Shown piece after piece: positions 41,541 through 55,709 of a stretch of 64,000 nucleotides of DNA. The stretch comes from Eledone cirrhosa. Its lineage: Eukaryota. A program made the translations under genes and the position numbers. The first letter of the stretch is position 1, and every line of letters begins with the position of its first letter. Below the pieces are notes generated by a model. That model searched no databases and was not told the DNA's origin. It was given only the letters and a program-made list of their open reading frames with translations. Where the stretch lies: positions 97,898,001 through 97,962,000 of the forward strand of contig OZ024742.1 in the NCBI GenBank assembly GCA_964016885.1, written 5' to 3'.

Positions 41541-41579
<39 letters not shown>

Positions 41580-43103
41580 TAATGCCTCTGCTTATGCTGC
41601 TGCTGATGATGATAATGATAATATAGCCGATATGAAAACATTCTTAAACCTGAAATTAAAACATATTGGAGGAAAACTGAGGGACGAATATTTCATTATT
41701 AATCTTTTATCATAGGAATCTTAAGATTGTTTTACTGAGAAAGACATTTTCACATACTCACACGGACACCCATATATACAAACAGGGCCAGTGACACAGA
41801 CATTTGCAAATACTCTCAAATCTACACACAAATACATATACACTGAGAATAATGAAATAAATTTAAAGTTTTTTTCTCGAACCTAGAATCTAACCCGGGT
41901 GTTGCATATCCCAGTTTCAATTGTGTTTAGTGACCGGGAATACAAACCTGTAGGTTGCAGGGTAAACTATAGCTACTGATGGCTACAGTTTACTAAGGAC
42001 ACACCCTGCACGAAGCAAGGTCACGGAATCAGAAACACAAGTTTTCGATCAGGAGACCCATAGTCTTGACAGCAATAATGGGACATGTTAATGTTGTGCT
42101 TGCCGTTATTGTTTAGCCCCATATCATTCCTAATCAAGCAGATATAAGACCGAACAAAGGATCTTTTCAATCACATTTATTTATACCACAACAATTACTA
42201 CAAACCTATATTTTATACAATGAGAATTACAACCAACAAATAAAGAAATATTTATATTTAGTGGAGTATTTATTCTCAATGGTGTGTTTATATATGATTT
42301 TAAAAAATCACCCTTGACATTTTGAAAGGAACTCAACTTTTACGGACCGTAGGTTGGGAGTTGACGCTTAATGTCTTCACACGGTTGGCAAGAAATGGTA
42401 ATAAGATTTTCTCCAACCTACATGACCTATCATCAAAACCAACGGTGATGGCATTACTACAGTCGGATAAATATTTCCTCTAAATAAAAATGGTATGGTT
42501 ATGGCTGGAATACTTCTGATCAAGAGAAATATCGAAAGGAGACAAAAGCGCTACCCAAGGTTTTAAAACCCACATTTAGCCATACCCCCAGAATACAAGA
42601 CACGTCAAATTAGTGATCTTTCTTGGTCATCTTGTCTTTCAAAAACGAAGACACCGAAAAGGAATTTTTAGTTCTCCAGAGAAGAGGATAATTCCATTAG
42701 TGCTGGTACTACGATACAATGCACCAAATACACCATTGAATGTGGTTGGCGAACGAGTAAAAATGGAATCAAGGGGCCTTTAGTTGATCCGAGCACATGA
42801 TACCAGTGGCACAGGTGTCTGCGAAATGCTAAACCACTTGGACGTTAACTTCATGACCAGGTTGCTCCGTTGAACGAACAAGCGAAATACGCATCGTCAA
42901 AACCGATGAAAATCTATTCTTTGCTTTATTTTCATTTATTTCTTGCTGCCGGACTTCAGTCAGTGGTTAACGACATCGTTAAATCTGTAAATCTAATTTA
43001 GAGATGTTTTATGTGAAATAATACTTTATAATTCACACTGCCCATTACCATCTCCATCATCAACGCCACTATAATAGTCATCAACATCGTCATCTTCAAC
43101 ACC

Positions 43104-43106
<3 letters not shown>

Positions 43107-43174
<68 letters not shown>

Positions 43175-43238
43175 GCTGCTGCTTCTGCTGCTGCTGCTGC
43201 TTCTGCTATTACTACTACAACTCCTACTACTACTGCTG

Positions 43239-43307
<69 letters not shown>

Positions 43308-43356
43308 ATAATAATAATAATAATAATAAGAAGAAGAACAACAACAACAACAACAA
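43107..43356. repeat. Compound trinucleotide microsatellite (TAC/TGC/AAT/AAG/AAC)
   Basis: Direct reading. Confidence 0.95.
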
Positions 43357-44869
43357 GAAATCAAAGAAAAAGAAAATATTATTGTTGTTTTTGATATCAT
43401 TATTGTTATTGATTAATCGATTAATGAGTTGTTTTACATCCTGTGTGTGTATTTACGTATATGTATGTATATGTGTGTGTGTATGTGTATGTGTGTGAAA
43501 GAGTCTTGGTAATTACCTATCCCTCTCATGTTTCTCTTTGGTGATACTCGTAGTTGTGACTAGGGTGGACAAATGAATAGGTGGGAGCTTCACTTTTTTG
43601 ATTGAGTGTAGACGTTGATTAGGGTACCATATAGCTTTCTAACTAATATATTAATTATCTGAACATTTAAAAAATCCTATAAAGTCTCCATTTTCATTTG
43701 ATTTGAAGAACAAACAAAAATATTGCCATGTAATAAAATAAATTACATTAGCAGGTTTTTAAACCGGGATGTGATTACAAACGGCACTTGTGTTTGGAGT
43801 AGAGGGAAATTTATGTGCAAAAGGTTGTGTGGCGTTTGGCACAAGGCAGCTAAAAACAAACAAAAAACGACATGGCTAAATATTTCAGATGTGATGTGGA
43901 CGGTTTGCTTGCCTTGTCGTTATCGTCGTTGTATGTGTAGTTACATGTTATCTTCATTGGTTACTTTTGGCGATTTTCGCTGGTGTTGTCGAAATCCTTT
44001 CTAGCCTCCTCCTCCCCCGTTTCTTCTTCTTCTTCTTCTTCTTCTTCTTCTTCTTCTTCTTCTTCTTCTTCTTCTTCAATTCCGAGTTGAGGATACAATT
44101 TTTCACAAGCACTCACATGCACACGATGACGCACACGCCCACCTACACACACACACACACACATACGCGCACACACACGCCCCCCCACGACCCCCACACG
44201 CCCCCCCATATATATATATATATATATATATACTCAAAGAGTTACGCCAGCGGCACCACCATCGAAAACAACAATAACAGTAATAATCAGATAGAAATAG
44301 ATTCATTGCAATGGCAGAGATGACCTTTACATACGGATGCTTGACTTCTGAAGATAAAACATTAGTAATTTCTCGTGGATTGTATCAATAACCTTTCTAT
44401 CTCTATGTACCATACTTAGGCTGGGAATTGGCAGAGTAATTAAAAGTCGGAGAGAACGCTTCGCAGTGTTACCTCTGGCTCTCACCGTCATCAGTTCAAA
44501 TCTCGCCAAGGTCAACTTTGCCTGTCATCTTTTCGAGCTCAATAAACTATCAGTCCACTACTGAGGTCGATAAATATCGTTCTCAACTTCACTATCTCTC
44601 TCTCTCTTTCTCTCTCTCTCTCTTATGCAGACCCCACTTTCACTAAGCGTGAACCTAATACCATTTGTAACTTGTACTCCTGCGTTGTTGTTTTTTACAT
44701 TCCTATATATATAGCTCTCAATCACTTTTTTCGACGGAACATATCGGTTCCTTCACACCTTGAGTGGGATCGCCCCCACCGAGTGTAAGTACAGTTCTCT
44801 AACGAATCAGTCATGAGGTAGCGGCTCATGCATGTATTTATTATACTCACGTTTGTTTCAATAATCTTT

Positions 44870-45045
44870 AATTGTTTAATCGTTTTACTTGTTTCAGTAA
44901 TTAGACTGCGGCCCTCCTTGGACATAACCTTGAAGAGTGTTAGATGATCCTATCGACTCCAGTTCTTATTCTTTCAAAACTAATATTTATTTTGTAGATC
45001 ACGTTTTGTTGAACTGCGCTGTTACACGGCATAGACAAATAGTAA
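44870..45045 (-). mobile_element. Third SINE-like family, diverged
   Basis: ttttacttgtttcagtaattagactgcggcc...atcgactccagttcttatt; shares the ctggggtcgat-type motif on the minus strand. Confidence 0.5.
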
Positions 45046-45482
45046 ACGTACACTCATATAAAGGCACTTACTATCAAATGCACAGAGACTACACCGATCA
45101 GTGTATTCCTCCTTTATATAAGGATGTGTTTTGGGAGACATTAGCTTCTATTTCTAGCAGGTCAAGTTATAATATAGACTCTATATGATAACTCTATATT
45201 ATGGAGGTTATAATTTCAATTATGATCATGAAATATTTTATGAAGGAAGTGATTGTGATATTAGTGTCATTGGTGATACTGCCGAAGACGACAATGAAAA
45301 TAAAAATGAAGAAGGTGATGATGAAGAGGATTATAATGATGACCAAAAGCAAAGAATGCATTGAGTGTATGATTTCAAAGATTGAGTGATTGTGGAAGGA
45401 GGAGCAAAGGGAGTTTGTACCCCAAGTAGTACCCCAGGTTGATTTGATAGAGACGGTGGAGACGTCGTAAAAGGATAACATT

Positions 45483-45660
45483 GGCAGTATCAGCAGAAGG
45501 TCAGACGCCATGCTTTGCAGCATAGAGTTACGCCCCTTTATGGTGTGAGTTCAAATCCCGCTGAGGTTCACTTTGCCTTTCATCCTTACGTGGTCAATAA
45601 AATAAAGTACCAGTAATGTACTGGAGTAATTGCTGGCCCTGTGCCAATAGTAGAAACATT
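45483..45660 (+). mobile_element. SINE (major family) followed by (TAG)n
   Basis: ggcagtatc...gagttcaaatcccgctgaggttcactttgcctttcatcc...gtagaaaca. Confidence 0.88.
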
Positions 45661-45663
45661 TAT

Positions 45664-45717
<54 letters not shown>

Positions 45718-46149
45718 CAGTAGTAGTAGTAGTAGTAGATAAATGAGAGAAGAGAAGTGAAGAAAGTACTGATGACGACAAAGTTAATTAAACAATTAAT
45801 GAGAGAATATTAAATTAAAGTATTATTTCCATAGATGTATGTGTGCAACAATGCTGTTGGGAGCAAGTAATTGTGCATTAAGTGCTATTTTATATTTCAT
45901 TATAAGTAAGGAGTCAGTAATGTGTGTCTATGTCTCTTTTGTGTTCGACTAAATGGCATTTCAGTGGTAATTGCTCAAGTTTGCCTATCTAATCACTGAC
46001 TAGTGTAAGACAGGAAAATCAGCATAATTCTCATCAATATCAGCATCATTATCATCATCATAATTATCATCACCATCATCATCATCATCGTCGTCGTCAT
46101 AGACGTCATCTTCTTTTCTCCTACGTCACCCCCTCCTTCTTCTCCCCTC

Positions 46150-46325
46150 CTTCTTCTTCTTCTTCTTCTTCTTCTTCTTCTTCTTCTTCTTCTTCTTCTT
46201 CTTCTTCTTCTTCTTCTTCTTCTTCTTCTTCTTCTTCTTCTTCTTCTTCTTCTTCTTCTTCTTCTTCTTCTTCTTCTTCTTCTTCTTCTTCTTCTTCTTC
46301 TTCTTCTTCTTCTTCTTCTTCTTCT
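46150..46325. repeat. (TTC)n microsatellite
   Basis: Direct reading; source of the poly-E and poly-R ORFs. Confidence 0.97.
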
Positions 46326-46671
46326 AGAGAGATTTGTAGAGACAGTGTTTTCAGACGGTCCAATCGGAACCAAGCGTCTCCAAATGATTCATTTGGATCT
46401 TCAAGTAACTGACCTGCACCGCAGGACCGTAGATATGATCTCTCAATGCGGAGAAGTAATCGTTCTACATGGAGCAGCTCAATGGTCTCCCGTGCATTTG
46501 CATACATTCTTCCAACAAAAAGACCAGTTAGGGAAGAAAACCCTGAAAACTATAATTGTTTATTTCTTTTGTCTTGGACTGTTTCAGTTTCGCATCTGAA
46601 AAGAGGGCTATAGTCCTGAAATATCCTAAAATAAATTGGGTACCGCTCTGTATAATCAGTTCCTGATTATT

Positions 46672-46714
46672 AGCTCTGAGGAACACCAACAGTGTGAAAC
46701 AGAATCTGTCAGCT
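46672..46714 (+). ncRNA. Canonical minimal type I hammerhead ribozyme motif
   Basis: agct CTGAGGA acac-caaca-gtgt GAAAC agaatct GTC agct; all three stems and the full core; predicted cleavage after 46710. Confidence 0.88.
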
Positions 46715-47076
46715 TCTCTCCCTTCCTTTGCCGAAAAAAGAAGTAAGTGACATAGTCACTACTTTAAAATGATAGCGTAAGGTCTTCAAAATGTTTTTAA
46801 TTAAACATACGGTATATTGCCAAATATACTATACATATATATATTTATATAATTAGAATTTAGCTTCGAACATAACTATATACAAATATGTATTTGAATT
46901 TCGTATTTCTAAAGAAATATGATATGTATATGAATAAACATTTAGAAAGCCATAGCTATGAAAAACACTGGCAGCTAACACCATCCAGAGGCGTTCGACA
47001 GAAGGAATGGGGACAATTGTCGATACATTCAGAACTCAACTAGTACTTGGCAGGACGATGTCTCCCTCTTTTGCAA

Positions 47077-47127
<51 letters not shown>

Positions 47128-47156
47128 AAAGAATAGAGGTGTAACACACAAGTTAT

Positions 47157-47550
47157 TATATATTGGTAAACGGAATAGAAAATGCTGACAAATTGTTCAC
47201 AGTTGAAAAATGGTTTAATTAGGAATAAAAGAGTATTAGTGATTGTATGGGTTAGTATTCAGTTGTGGTTTTAAGTTTTTAAGTTTTTACCGGTTGCGCA
47301 TTTCTAAATGCTTTTCAAAAATAATTTTGAGATAGAGTGTCCGTGCTGTTTGCTCTGATCAGAGCAAACAGCACGGACACTCTATCTCAAAATTATTTTT
47401 GAAAAGCATTTAGAAATGCGCAACCGGTAAAAACTTAAAAACTTAAAACCACAACTGAATACTAACCCATACAATCACTAATACTCTTTTATTCCTAATT
47501 AAACCATTTTTCAACTGTGAACAATTTGTCAGCATTTTCTATTCCGTTTA

Positions 47551-47560
<10 letters not shown>
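47157..47560. repeat. Spacerless perfect palindrome, 202-bp arms, next to (AT)n
   Basis: Centre gctctga|tcagagc at 47358/47359; no mismatch found by eye. Confidence 0.95.
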
Positions 47561-47602
<42 letters not shown>

Positions 47603-47820
47603 ATCTGAATTTTTCGAATATTAATAATAACATTCGATTCGTTTGCAATTATGCAAACAAGCCTCAATTCTATAGCCATGTCAGTAGAATGAACACTTCA
47701 TTATTGCTCCCGTGTTGGCATGCGAACAGAACTATATATATATATTGGTAAAATACTGGGAGATTATATCTGTAATAAGTAGAGCACACATTCCAAGAGA
47801 TGAGTTCGGTGTAGAATTCT

Positions 47821-47973
47821 TTCCACAACAAATTAGCAAACCATACTCGAGAACGTGTGGTTCACATTATGGGTTTTCTACCTGTGTATGCTTGCGGTAA
47901 GAACCATACACTGGTTGGAAATCCGTTCGGTTAAACGCACGTCCTCCATATGGTTTGCTAATTTGTCGTGGAA
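47821..47973. mobile_element. Small MITE-like inverted repeat
   Basis: ttccacaacaaattagcaaaccata (47821) pairs with tatggtttgctaatttgtcgtggaa (47949-47973), one mismatch. Confidence 0.55.
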
Positions 47974-48058
47974 CTAACTCTCTCTCCTTTTCTCTCCCTC
48001 TCTCTCTCTCTCTGTCTCTCTCACTCTCTATCTATTTGTATGTGTATTTATATATATG

Positions 48059-48103
<45 letters not shown>

Positions 48104-48543
48104 ATTATTGAGTAAAATGACAGGAGGCCGGACTGGTGAAATTCCTTCAAAGGTATGTTATAGCAAACACTACATTTCAGTGGCCAAGTTCGGAAGATCC
48201 TGGGGACATCATCAGTTGTGTATTGCATAATAATTATATAATAAAGGAATAATGGTAAACACAATCGAGAGGCTAAAAAAATAGAGAAAAATGTTTTGGC
48301 GGTCAGGGCCAGTTGTTGCCAGGTCTCCTGAACACCTTCGAGTGAGAATTCTCATCAATTTCGTCTTATCGGTTTGGTTAGGGTGTTGTAGGCTTAGTAT
48401 ACATACTACTACCACCCTGTGGTTTGGGTTATATATATTTACCAGTCATTCAGAGATGTTTGTGTCACATTTTTCTGTAGTAGAAATATACACTAAATTA
48501 TAAATACAAACTAAAATTTACTGTCATTATTATTGGCAGTATA

Positions 48544-48921
48544 GGGCGGTGAATTGGCAGTATCGGTAGAGGGTCGGACGCCATGCTTTCCAGCATCGAG
48601 TTACGTCCCTTTACGGTCTGAGTTCAAATCCCGCCGAGGTTAACTTTGCCTTTCATCCTTAGAGGGTCGATAAAATAAAGTACCAGTAATGTACTGTGTA
48701 ATTGCTGGCCTTGTGCCTAAAGTAGAAATAATTATTATTGGCAGTATCAGTAGGGGATCGGGTGCCATGCTTTGGCGCATAGAGTTACGGCCCTTTCCAT
48801 TCTGAGTCCAAATCCCGCCGAGGTTAACTTTGCTTTCATCCTTACGGGGTCGATAAAATAAAGTACCAGTAATCACTCGGTAATTGCTGGCCTTGTGCCA
48901 AGAAGTAGAAACAATTATTAC
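48544..48921 (+). mobile_element. Head-to-tail SINE dimer (major family)
   Basis: Two consecutive copies joined at the (att)n tail near 48738. Confidence 0.9.
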
Positions 48922-49114
48922 TAAAAAAAACACTATAGAACACGATGTTTGATAATTTTCGATCTTATATTTCAGCTAGTTTCTATCTCACGTAAATTTT
49001 TCCTTTAGCTTTTCTGCCGTTTTATTTTTAACTTCTTATAAGTAAAATATCACACTTAAACTAAGATTTTAACGAACTTACCTGATATTATAGATAAAGT
49101 ATGTACTAAATGAA

Positions 49115-49173
<59 letters not shown>

Positions 49174-49523
49174 GAATAAAAGTAATGACGCAAACACACG
49201 TATGCAAACAAATATGCATAAAGTGTAAAGAGCAAAATCATAACCACAAAAACGGCAGCAACAATAATTTCAGCAGCAGCAAATTTCCCAAGGAACAGAC
49301 AATAGAGTTAATAACATTATATAATATAACTGTAATGATATAATACAATCATTATAATCTCTGCTTCACACTTGTGAATGGCACTCCATTATAGCACCTG
49401 AGAATTCTCCTCAAGAACCATGAAACGACTCTGCTATTGAAATCTCTCTCTCCCTCAATCCCTCTCTCCCTCCTTCCCTATCTCCCTCAATCACTCTCTC
49501 CCTCCTTCCGCTTCTCCCTCCTT

Positions 49524-49571
<48 letters not shown>

Positions 49572-51832
49572 CATGCATGTGTGTGTGTGTGTGTGTGTTT
49601 CTATATATAATTACACGATTTACGAAAGTCACTGATATTATTTCAGCGAACTGATTTCATTCATATATTCATCTATTTCAGCAGCTCGTCAGTACGGTAT
49701 ACATTTTCTGAATGTCGTCAGGATTAAATTCTGCTAGAGAATCCTTATAGGGAGTGAAGATAGGGATTTCGTTTTCAGTTAAATAACGGGGGATAATTCT
49801 AACATAGACATGTGCAAAATAGAAAGAATCTGTTCGTGTTTAGGGTTAGGGATTTTATCATTTAGGCTGGAAACATATAGCGTGGTGCTTACCTAAAACG
49901 TCTCTTGGGTGTTATATAATTCCTATAGAGGCTAAAGCTTCATAGGAGGGGGTGCTCCTTTTTTCTTTCTTTAGTATATTAGAAAGATTTTATGGAAGGG
50001 TAAGTTTTAAAATGAGGTCTGATAATCACGGAGTGCAAAGGCTCTCTAGATATATTCTAGCGTTCTTACAATTATATAGGATGTATTTAAGCACCTTGGG
50101 GCAACGGTTATAAAATCAGCTCTTGTATTTAGATATGTTTTCGTAATATACAAACGTCTTAAGAAGTTCCACCATTCATTGTTGCACAATGTGCTTCGTT
50201 CCTTTCCATTCTGTTATTAATAGTAGGCTCTAGGTGCTTAATCAGAAGGGCGTCGTTTATATACTGCGCTCGTAGACAAAGGGGTTGAGGTTATATTATT
50301 GTCCTTGTTCTTCCATTTGAGGATATGCTTGGCACGTAAGATAGAGTTAAATCGAAATTTAGCCTGGCTTATACCAGCCATTAAGAACAAATTAAATTCT
50401 GTGCACAACGATTGAAAAATTACAATCGTGTGTTGAAGCAGTTCTTTTTAGAAAACTGTTGTGTAAGTTTATTTCGCCTTTATTTCTTTCTTTCTTTCTT
50501 TTCTTTTTGCTTTCTTTTTTATTTTCTCGTTTGAGTTTTTGTTTCTTCTTTTTATTCTAACTTTCATTTCGTTTTTTTTTCTTTTCATGTGTATGTTCTT
50601 CCATCTTTATTCCTTAGTTTATTTTTCTCTGATTTCTCATTTTCATTTTGTCACCTCATTCCTTTCTTTTCTTAATTTAATATTTTCTTTCATTCTTCCT
50701 TTTGGTTTCTTTCTTTCCTTCTGTATTTCTCTACTTCATTCATCCCCTTTCTTCTCTTAACTTTGTTCTCCTGTTCATTCTACCCCCCCCCCTTTCCTGG
50801 CTTCATTCCTTCTATCCCGGTTCACCATACTATAACAACCACAACAACCGATTTATTCCTCGCGTATCCTTCCTGGCTATATATAATGGGAGATATTCAA
50901 CCAATATTGCAGGCATGGCCACCTTAGCCTATGATCTTTCATTCTCCTTCAGAAATATTTAAATACATCAATAACAGAATACTGGTTTAGAGAGAAATGC
51001 TTAATAGCTTACACTGGCAATGTCTTATTCGGAGTCCAATATTAGAATAACAGCAGCAACAACGAGAACAAGAACGACAGTAACAGAACAAGAAGAGCAA
51101 CATCAACGACCATCAGGGTTACAACAACAATACGAACAATAACAATAACAACTATAATAAGAACAACGGCAAAAGAAACAATACCTGTAACACCAACAGC
51201 AATAAAATAGACGATAACATCAACGATGACGATGATCGATCACAACAGTAGAAGCAACGACGACAACATCAATGATAACATTAACAACGTGAAGAGCAGC
51301 AGCAACAACAACAAACAGAATAAAAATGAACGACGGTGATGATCACGGCAACGACAACAACAGCACCAACAACAAAAACAATTCCCTCCCAAATTAATAT
51401 CAATGATGATTACAAGGACATTTTCCTTGTGAAAGACCTCAAGATGCTGGAGAAGAGGTGTGACAGTACAAATGATAAAGTAAATTAACAGAGTCATTAG
51501 AACGCCGGTTGCAATTCTTTGGGGGCATTATGAGTTCAAATGCACTATGAATTAAAATCCCGCCGAGGTCAAATTTGCCTGTTGTCTTTTGGAGGTCGAT
51601 AAAAAAAATATCATCCATGACTGGAGTCGTTTCTTCATCTCTTTATACCTCACCTCTTTTTTACCACTCTCACATATTTTCTAGAAGAAAACGGTTCTGT
51701 TCAGATTTGAGAAGAGATCGGCTTCACCAACTTTAAGTGCCAAAGTCATCGTTTCGACTCCAGCAGGTCTTACGGGTCCATACATAACTTGTAAATACAA
51801 TATACATACAATCACACACATAATACACCCCA

Positions 51833-51943
<111 letters not shown>

Positions 51944-53046
51944 TATATATATGTATGTATGTATGTGTGTCTCTGCGCGTGTGTGTATAACTTGGAGGAA
52001 TTTCATCGACTACAAATATCCGATCAACAATAATGATAGAGACATAACAAAAATATACATGTATGAATATGTAACTCTTGTTAGGGACGTAAGTCTCCTG
52101 TAGTGACATACGGCGTGTCTTGGGCATTATAAACCAAGGGGTTGCATCCACTCTCCTGCTCTGAACACAGGCGATTTTTTGTTTCCAAAGAAGGATAGGG
52201 AGTGAGGATGTGAAAAAGAGATATACAGGAAGAATCGAACCCAGTACTGGAATGATAATTTTTATTCAACATCAAAAAGATGAATGTCAAAGGTGTCTTC
52301 AGCGGGATTTAAACTGCGAGCATACAGAGATCCGGGACTAATATCTCAGATCCTTATATCCGATGTTTCTGTCAATTTGCCGCCTCCATGGATAAAGTGT
52401 TAACAATAAATAGCAGTTGGGGGTTGTGTTGAGTGTGTCATTTAATTGATCAATGGAACAACTTGCCCATGACATTAACGTACAAGTGGCTCAGCATTCC
52501 ACCGACACATGAAATTTATATGGATATTTATCGTGTAAATGTGTGTTAAGACTGAACCTTTAACTATACGCACAATTTTTTTCCCAGATGATTGTACTGG
52601 AGCAACTTCAAATAAAGTGTTTGCCATCAGTAATCGAACTCACGAATGACGAGCTAAACAACCTAACCATTACGCCGCACACCTTCACAAAATAACAGTA
52701 GAGAAATACAAGAAAACAAAAAATGAGAGGCAATCACCTAGCAGTGTTCATGAAACTTCATATCTGAGATTACACTGTCAAATCAAAGCGAGTGAATCCT
52801 CTCTGTTATTGACCCCAAATTTTCAAAGTTTGTACTGGGTGGTAGCACCTCCTCTTTAATCTCATCTCTCTCTTCATGAACTACTTGAGGAATTAAATAC
52901 CTCTGTCTGAGAGAAAAATCTGTCATAAAATATTTCAACTACGTTCATTGCACTATTTTCTACAACGCTTCAAGCAAATTTCAACTCTCTCATTTAATAA
53001 AAGTATACTGTGAATATCAAAATATACCGATATTATTACTTGGATT

Positions 53047-53229
53047 GGCAGTATCGGTAGAGAGTCGGACACCATACTTTGAAGCATGGAGTTACGTCCC
53101 TTTATGATCTGAGTTCAAATCCCGCCGAGGTTAACTTTGCCTTTCATCCTTACGGGGTCGATAAAATAAAGTACCAGTAATGTACTGGGTAATTGCTGGC
53201 CTTGTGCCTAAAGTAGAAACAATTATTAC
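53047..53229 (+). mobile_element. SINE (major family)
   Basis: Full-length match to the other copies. Confidence 0.9.
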
Positions 53230-53394
53230 TCTCGCCGTCGCCTATCAGACTTCAAATATTTAAAGCATATCTAAAAATGAAAGTAAAAATCAAATGTTAT
53301 GACGATCCTCTTATCATTTCTAAAGACATTAGTAATAGGTTCTACTAAGGGAAGTGACCTTATCTTTCACTGAGATACCAAGAGCGAAAATCAA

Positions 53395-54045
53395 CCAATC
53401 AGCCAACCAGTCAACCAAACAACCAGCTTACCAAATAACCAACCAAGCAGACAACCTAAAGAAACCAAACAACTTAGCTACTAACAAACCAACCAGTCAA
53501 CCTACCTAACAAACAAAAATAAAAACAATCAACCCATCAACAAACTTGTCATCTAACCAACCAGACACCCAACCTACCAACCAACAAGCCAACCAAGCTA
53601 TTACTAACCACTTAACTAACCAAAGGGCATAACAAACAACCAGCCAAGCAGACAATTAACCAAGCAGCCAAGAAGCAAAGTAATCAACCCACCAACCAAA
53701 CAACCTTCAAAACCGCTTACCTAGCAACCCACCTACCAACCGACTGACCAACCAAACAATTAACAAGCCTATCAACCAGCCAGTTAAATAACCAATCATC
53801 AAACCAGCCAGCCAGCGACCCAGCCAGCCGACGTACCAATTAACCAACCAAACCATCAACCAGCCAGCCAACCAGCCAACCATCTAACAAACAAAACTAC
53901 CAGCTAAATCAACAGGCAACCAATCAACCAGCCAGTCAACCTACTAACCAAACAACCATCCCAACATCCAGCCAACCAACGACCCATCGATGTAAATAGC
54001 TAACAACTCTACCAACCAGCCATCCAACCATACCAGCCGGCAACA
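53395..54045. repeat. Degenerate (CAAC/CAGC)n tetranucleotide array
   Basis: Direct reading. Confidence 0.85.
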
Positions 54046-54659
54046 ATGTCTGTTACTCAGAACTCACCTTTCTTTCTAACGATCCTCTAAATATATAAAT
54101 ACTTCTTTAAGTATGGATGAAATGATAAAACATAAGCAACTAAGCATACATATAACACACACATCACAGAAGACGTTTCTACTTGGATTAATGTATATCC
54201 AAGTATATATCCAAAAATATATCCATCGGAATCTAGAGGAGTGAATGGCATCGGGGTGTTGGTGGTCAGAAAGATTTCGGATATTGGTTCTATTGTTTGT
54301 TAATATTATCCAATATAGCATGAATTATCGGTTTATACATTATACGGGCAATTGCTAACAAGAAACATATGTATTTTCTGCACATTTGCACACCGTAATT
54401 GGCAAGCCGACCAAAAGAATATACGAAAAAACAATGATTTTCCTATATTTTATAAGTGTATATGTGTAGATATATGTATGTATGAATGCATGTATGTATG
54501 TCTGCATGTCTGCATGTATGCCTGTAAGTATGTATGCATGTATGTATGTATGTGTATGCATGCAACTATGTATTTATGCGCGTATGTATATGTGGTCATA
54601 TAGGTGCAAGTTTTATACTTATACAAACACATATATATCTATATCTATCTATATATATA

Positions 54660-54735
<76 letters not shown>

Positions 54736-54779
54736 TATATATATAGAGATACATGTTTGTATAAGTATAAAAATCATAT

Positions 54780-54840
<61 letters not shown>

Positions 54841-54871
54841 AGAAAAACCACAGACCCTCCATCTCAACTCA

Positions 54872-54909
54872 CCTTTTGAAAAGCAGAAGAACTGCGAAAC
54901 CGGTAAAGG
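54872..54909 (+). ncRNA. Minimal type I hammerhead motif with U3-A8 core variant
   Basis: cctt TTGAAAA gcag-aagaa-ctgc GAAAC CG GTA aagg; palindromic stem III ACCGGT. Confidence 0.7.
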
Positions 54910-55112
54910 AACCAAATAAATATATATATTTAAAAAAAAAATAAGACTTCAGTTGCATTTTCGATTTCATCTCTTTTTCTTTATACTTTCACTCGTGTAG
55001 GATACCTCGGTTATTTTTCATTTTGTAAAAAAAAACCTCACTTTCTAATATATATATATATATATATTCATATATATATAGAGATACATGTTTGTATAAG
55101 TATAAAATTCAT

Positions 55113-55147
<35 letters not shown>

Positions 55148-55459
55148 ATATATATAGAAATAAGAACTTTCACTTAATTGTTGCGAAACAATTTTGAAGT
55201 TTAAAATTTAAATTTGTCCAGGTATCACGGCTTTTGCCAATATATGTTTGTTTTTATTGATTTATTATTTTAAATCAAGACAGGCAAACTGTATTATTTT
55301 AATTAGTATTTTTCAATCTAGCTAACCTGGTCATTTGCAATACGAACACATGTATACTTGTATCAGTGTTTATCCCTATCATATATTCATTTGTATTACA
55401 CGGCTCAGAAATATTCCTTTCTTTGAGCTAATTAATTGTAAAAGACTATTTGAGTTTAT

Positions 55460-55640
<181 letters not shown>

Positions 55641-55709
55641 CATACATATATAAATATATATATATATAATGTATATATCCATGTATACGGGTCCTATATG
55701 TGTTATTGA

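Larger units (their letters stand above)
35637..41541 (-). mobile_element. Tx1-clade LINE, copy C, near full length, in (AAT)n
   Basis: ORF1 plus ORF2; (aat)n at ~35612-35636 and ~41545-41577. Confidence 0.92.

Noticed and set aside
42340-42900. Possible old RT remnant
   Set aside because: Only isolated short motif hints; cannot be supported without a search.
48164-48219. Hammerhead-like CTGATGA...GAAA on the minus strand
   Set aside because: No valid NUH triplet and weak stems; at best a decayed copy.
49625-50460. Two CTGACGA motifs and a possible Penelope ORF remnant on the minus strand
   Set aside because: Stem I cannot be formed and the protein similarity is too weak to call by eye.
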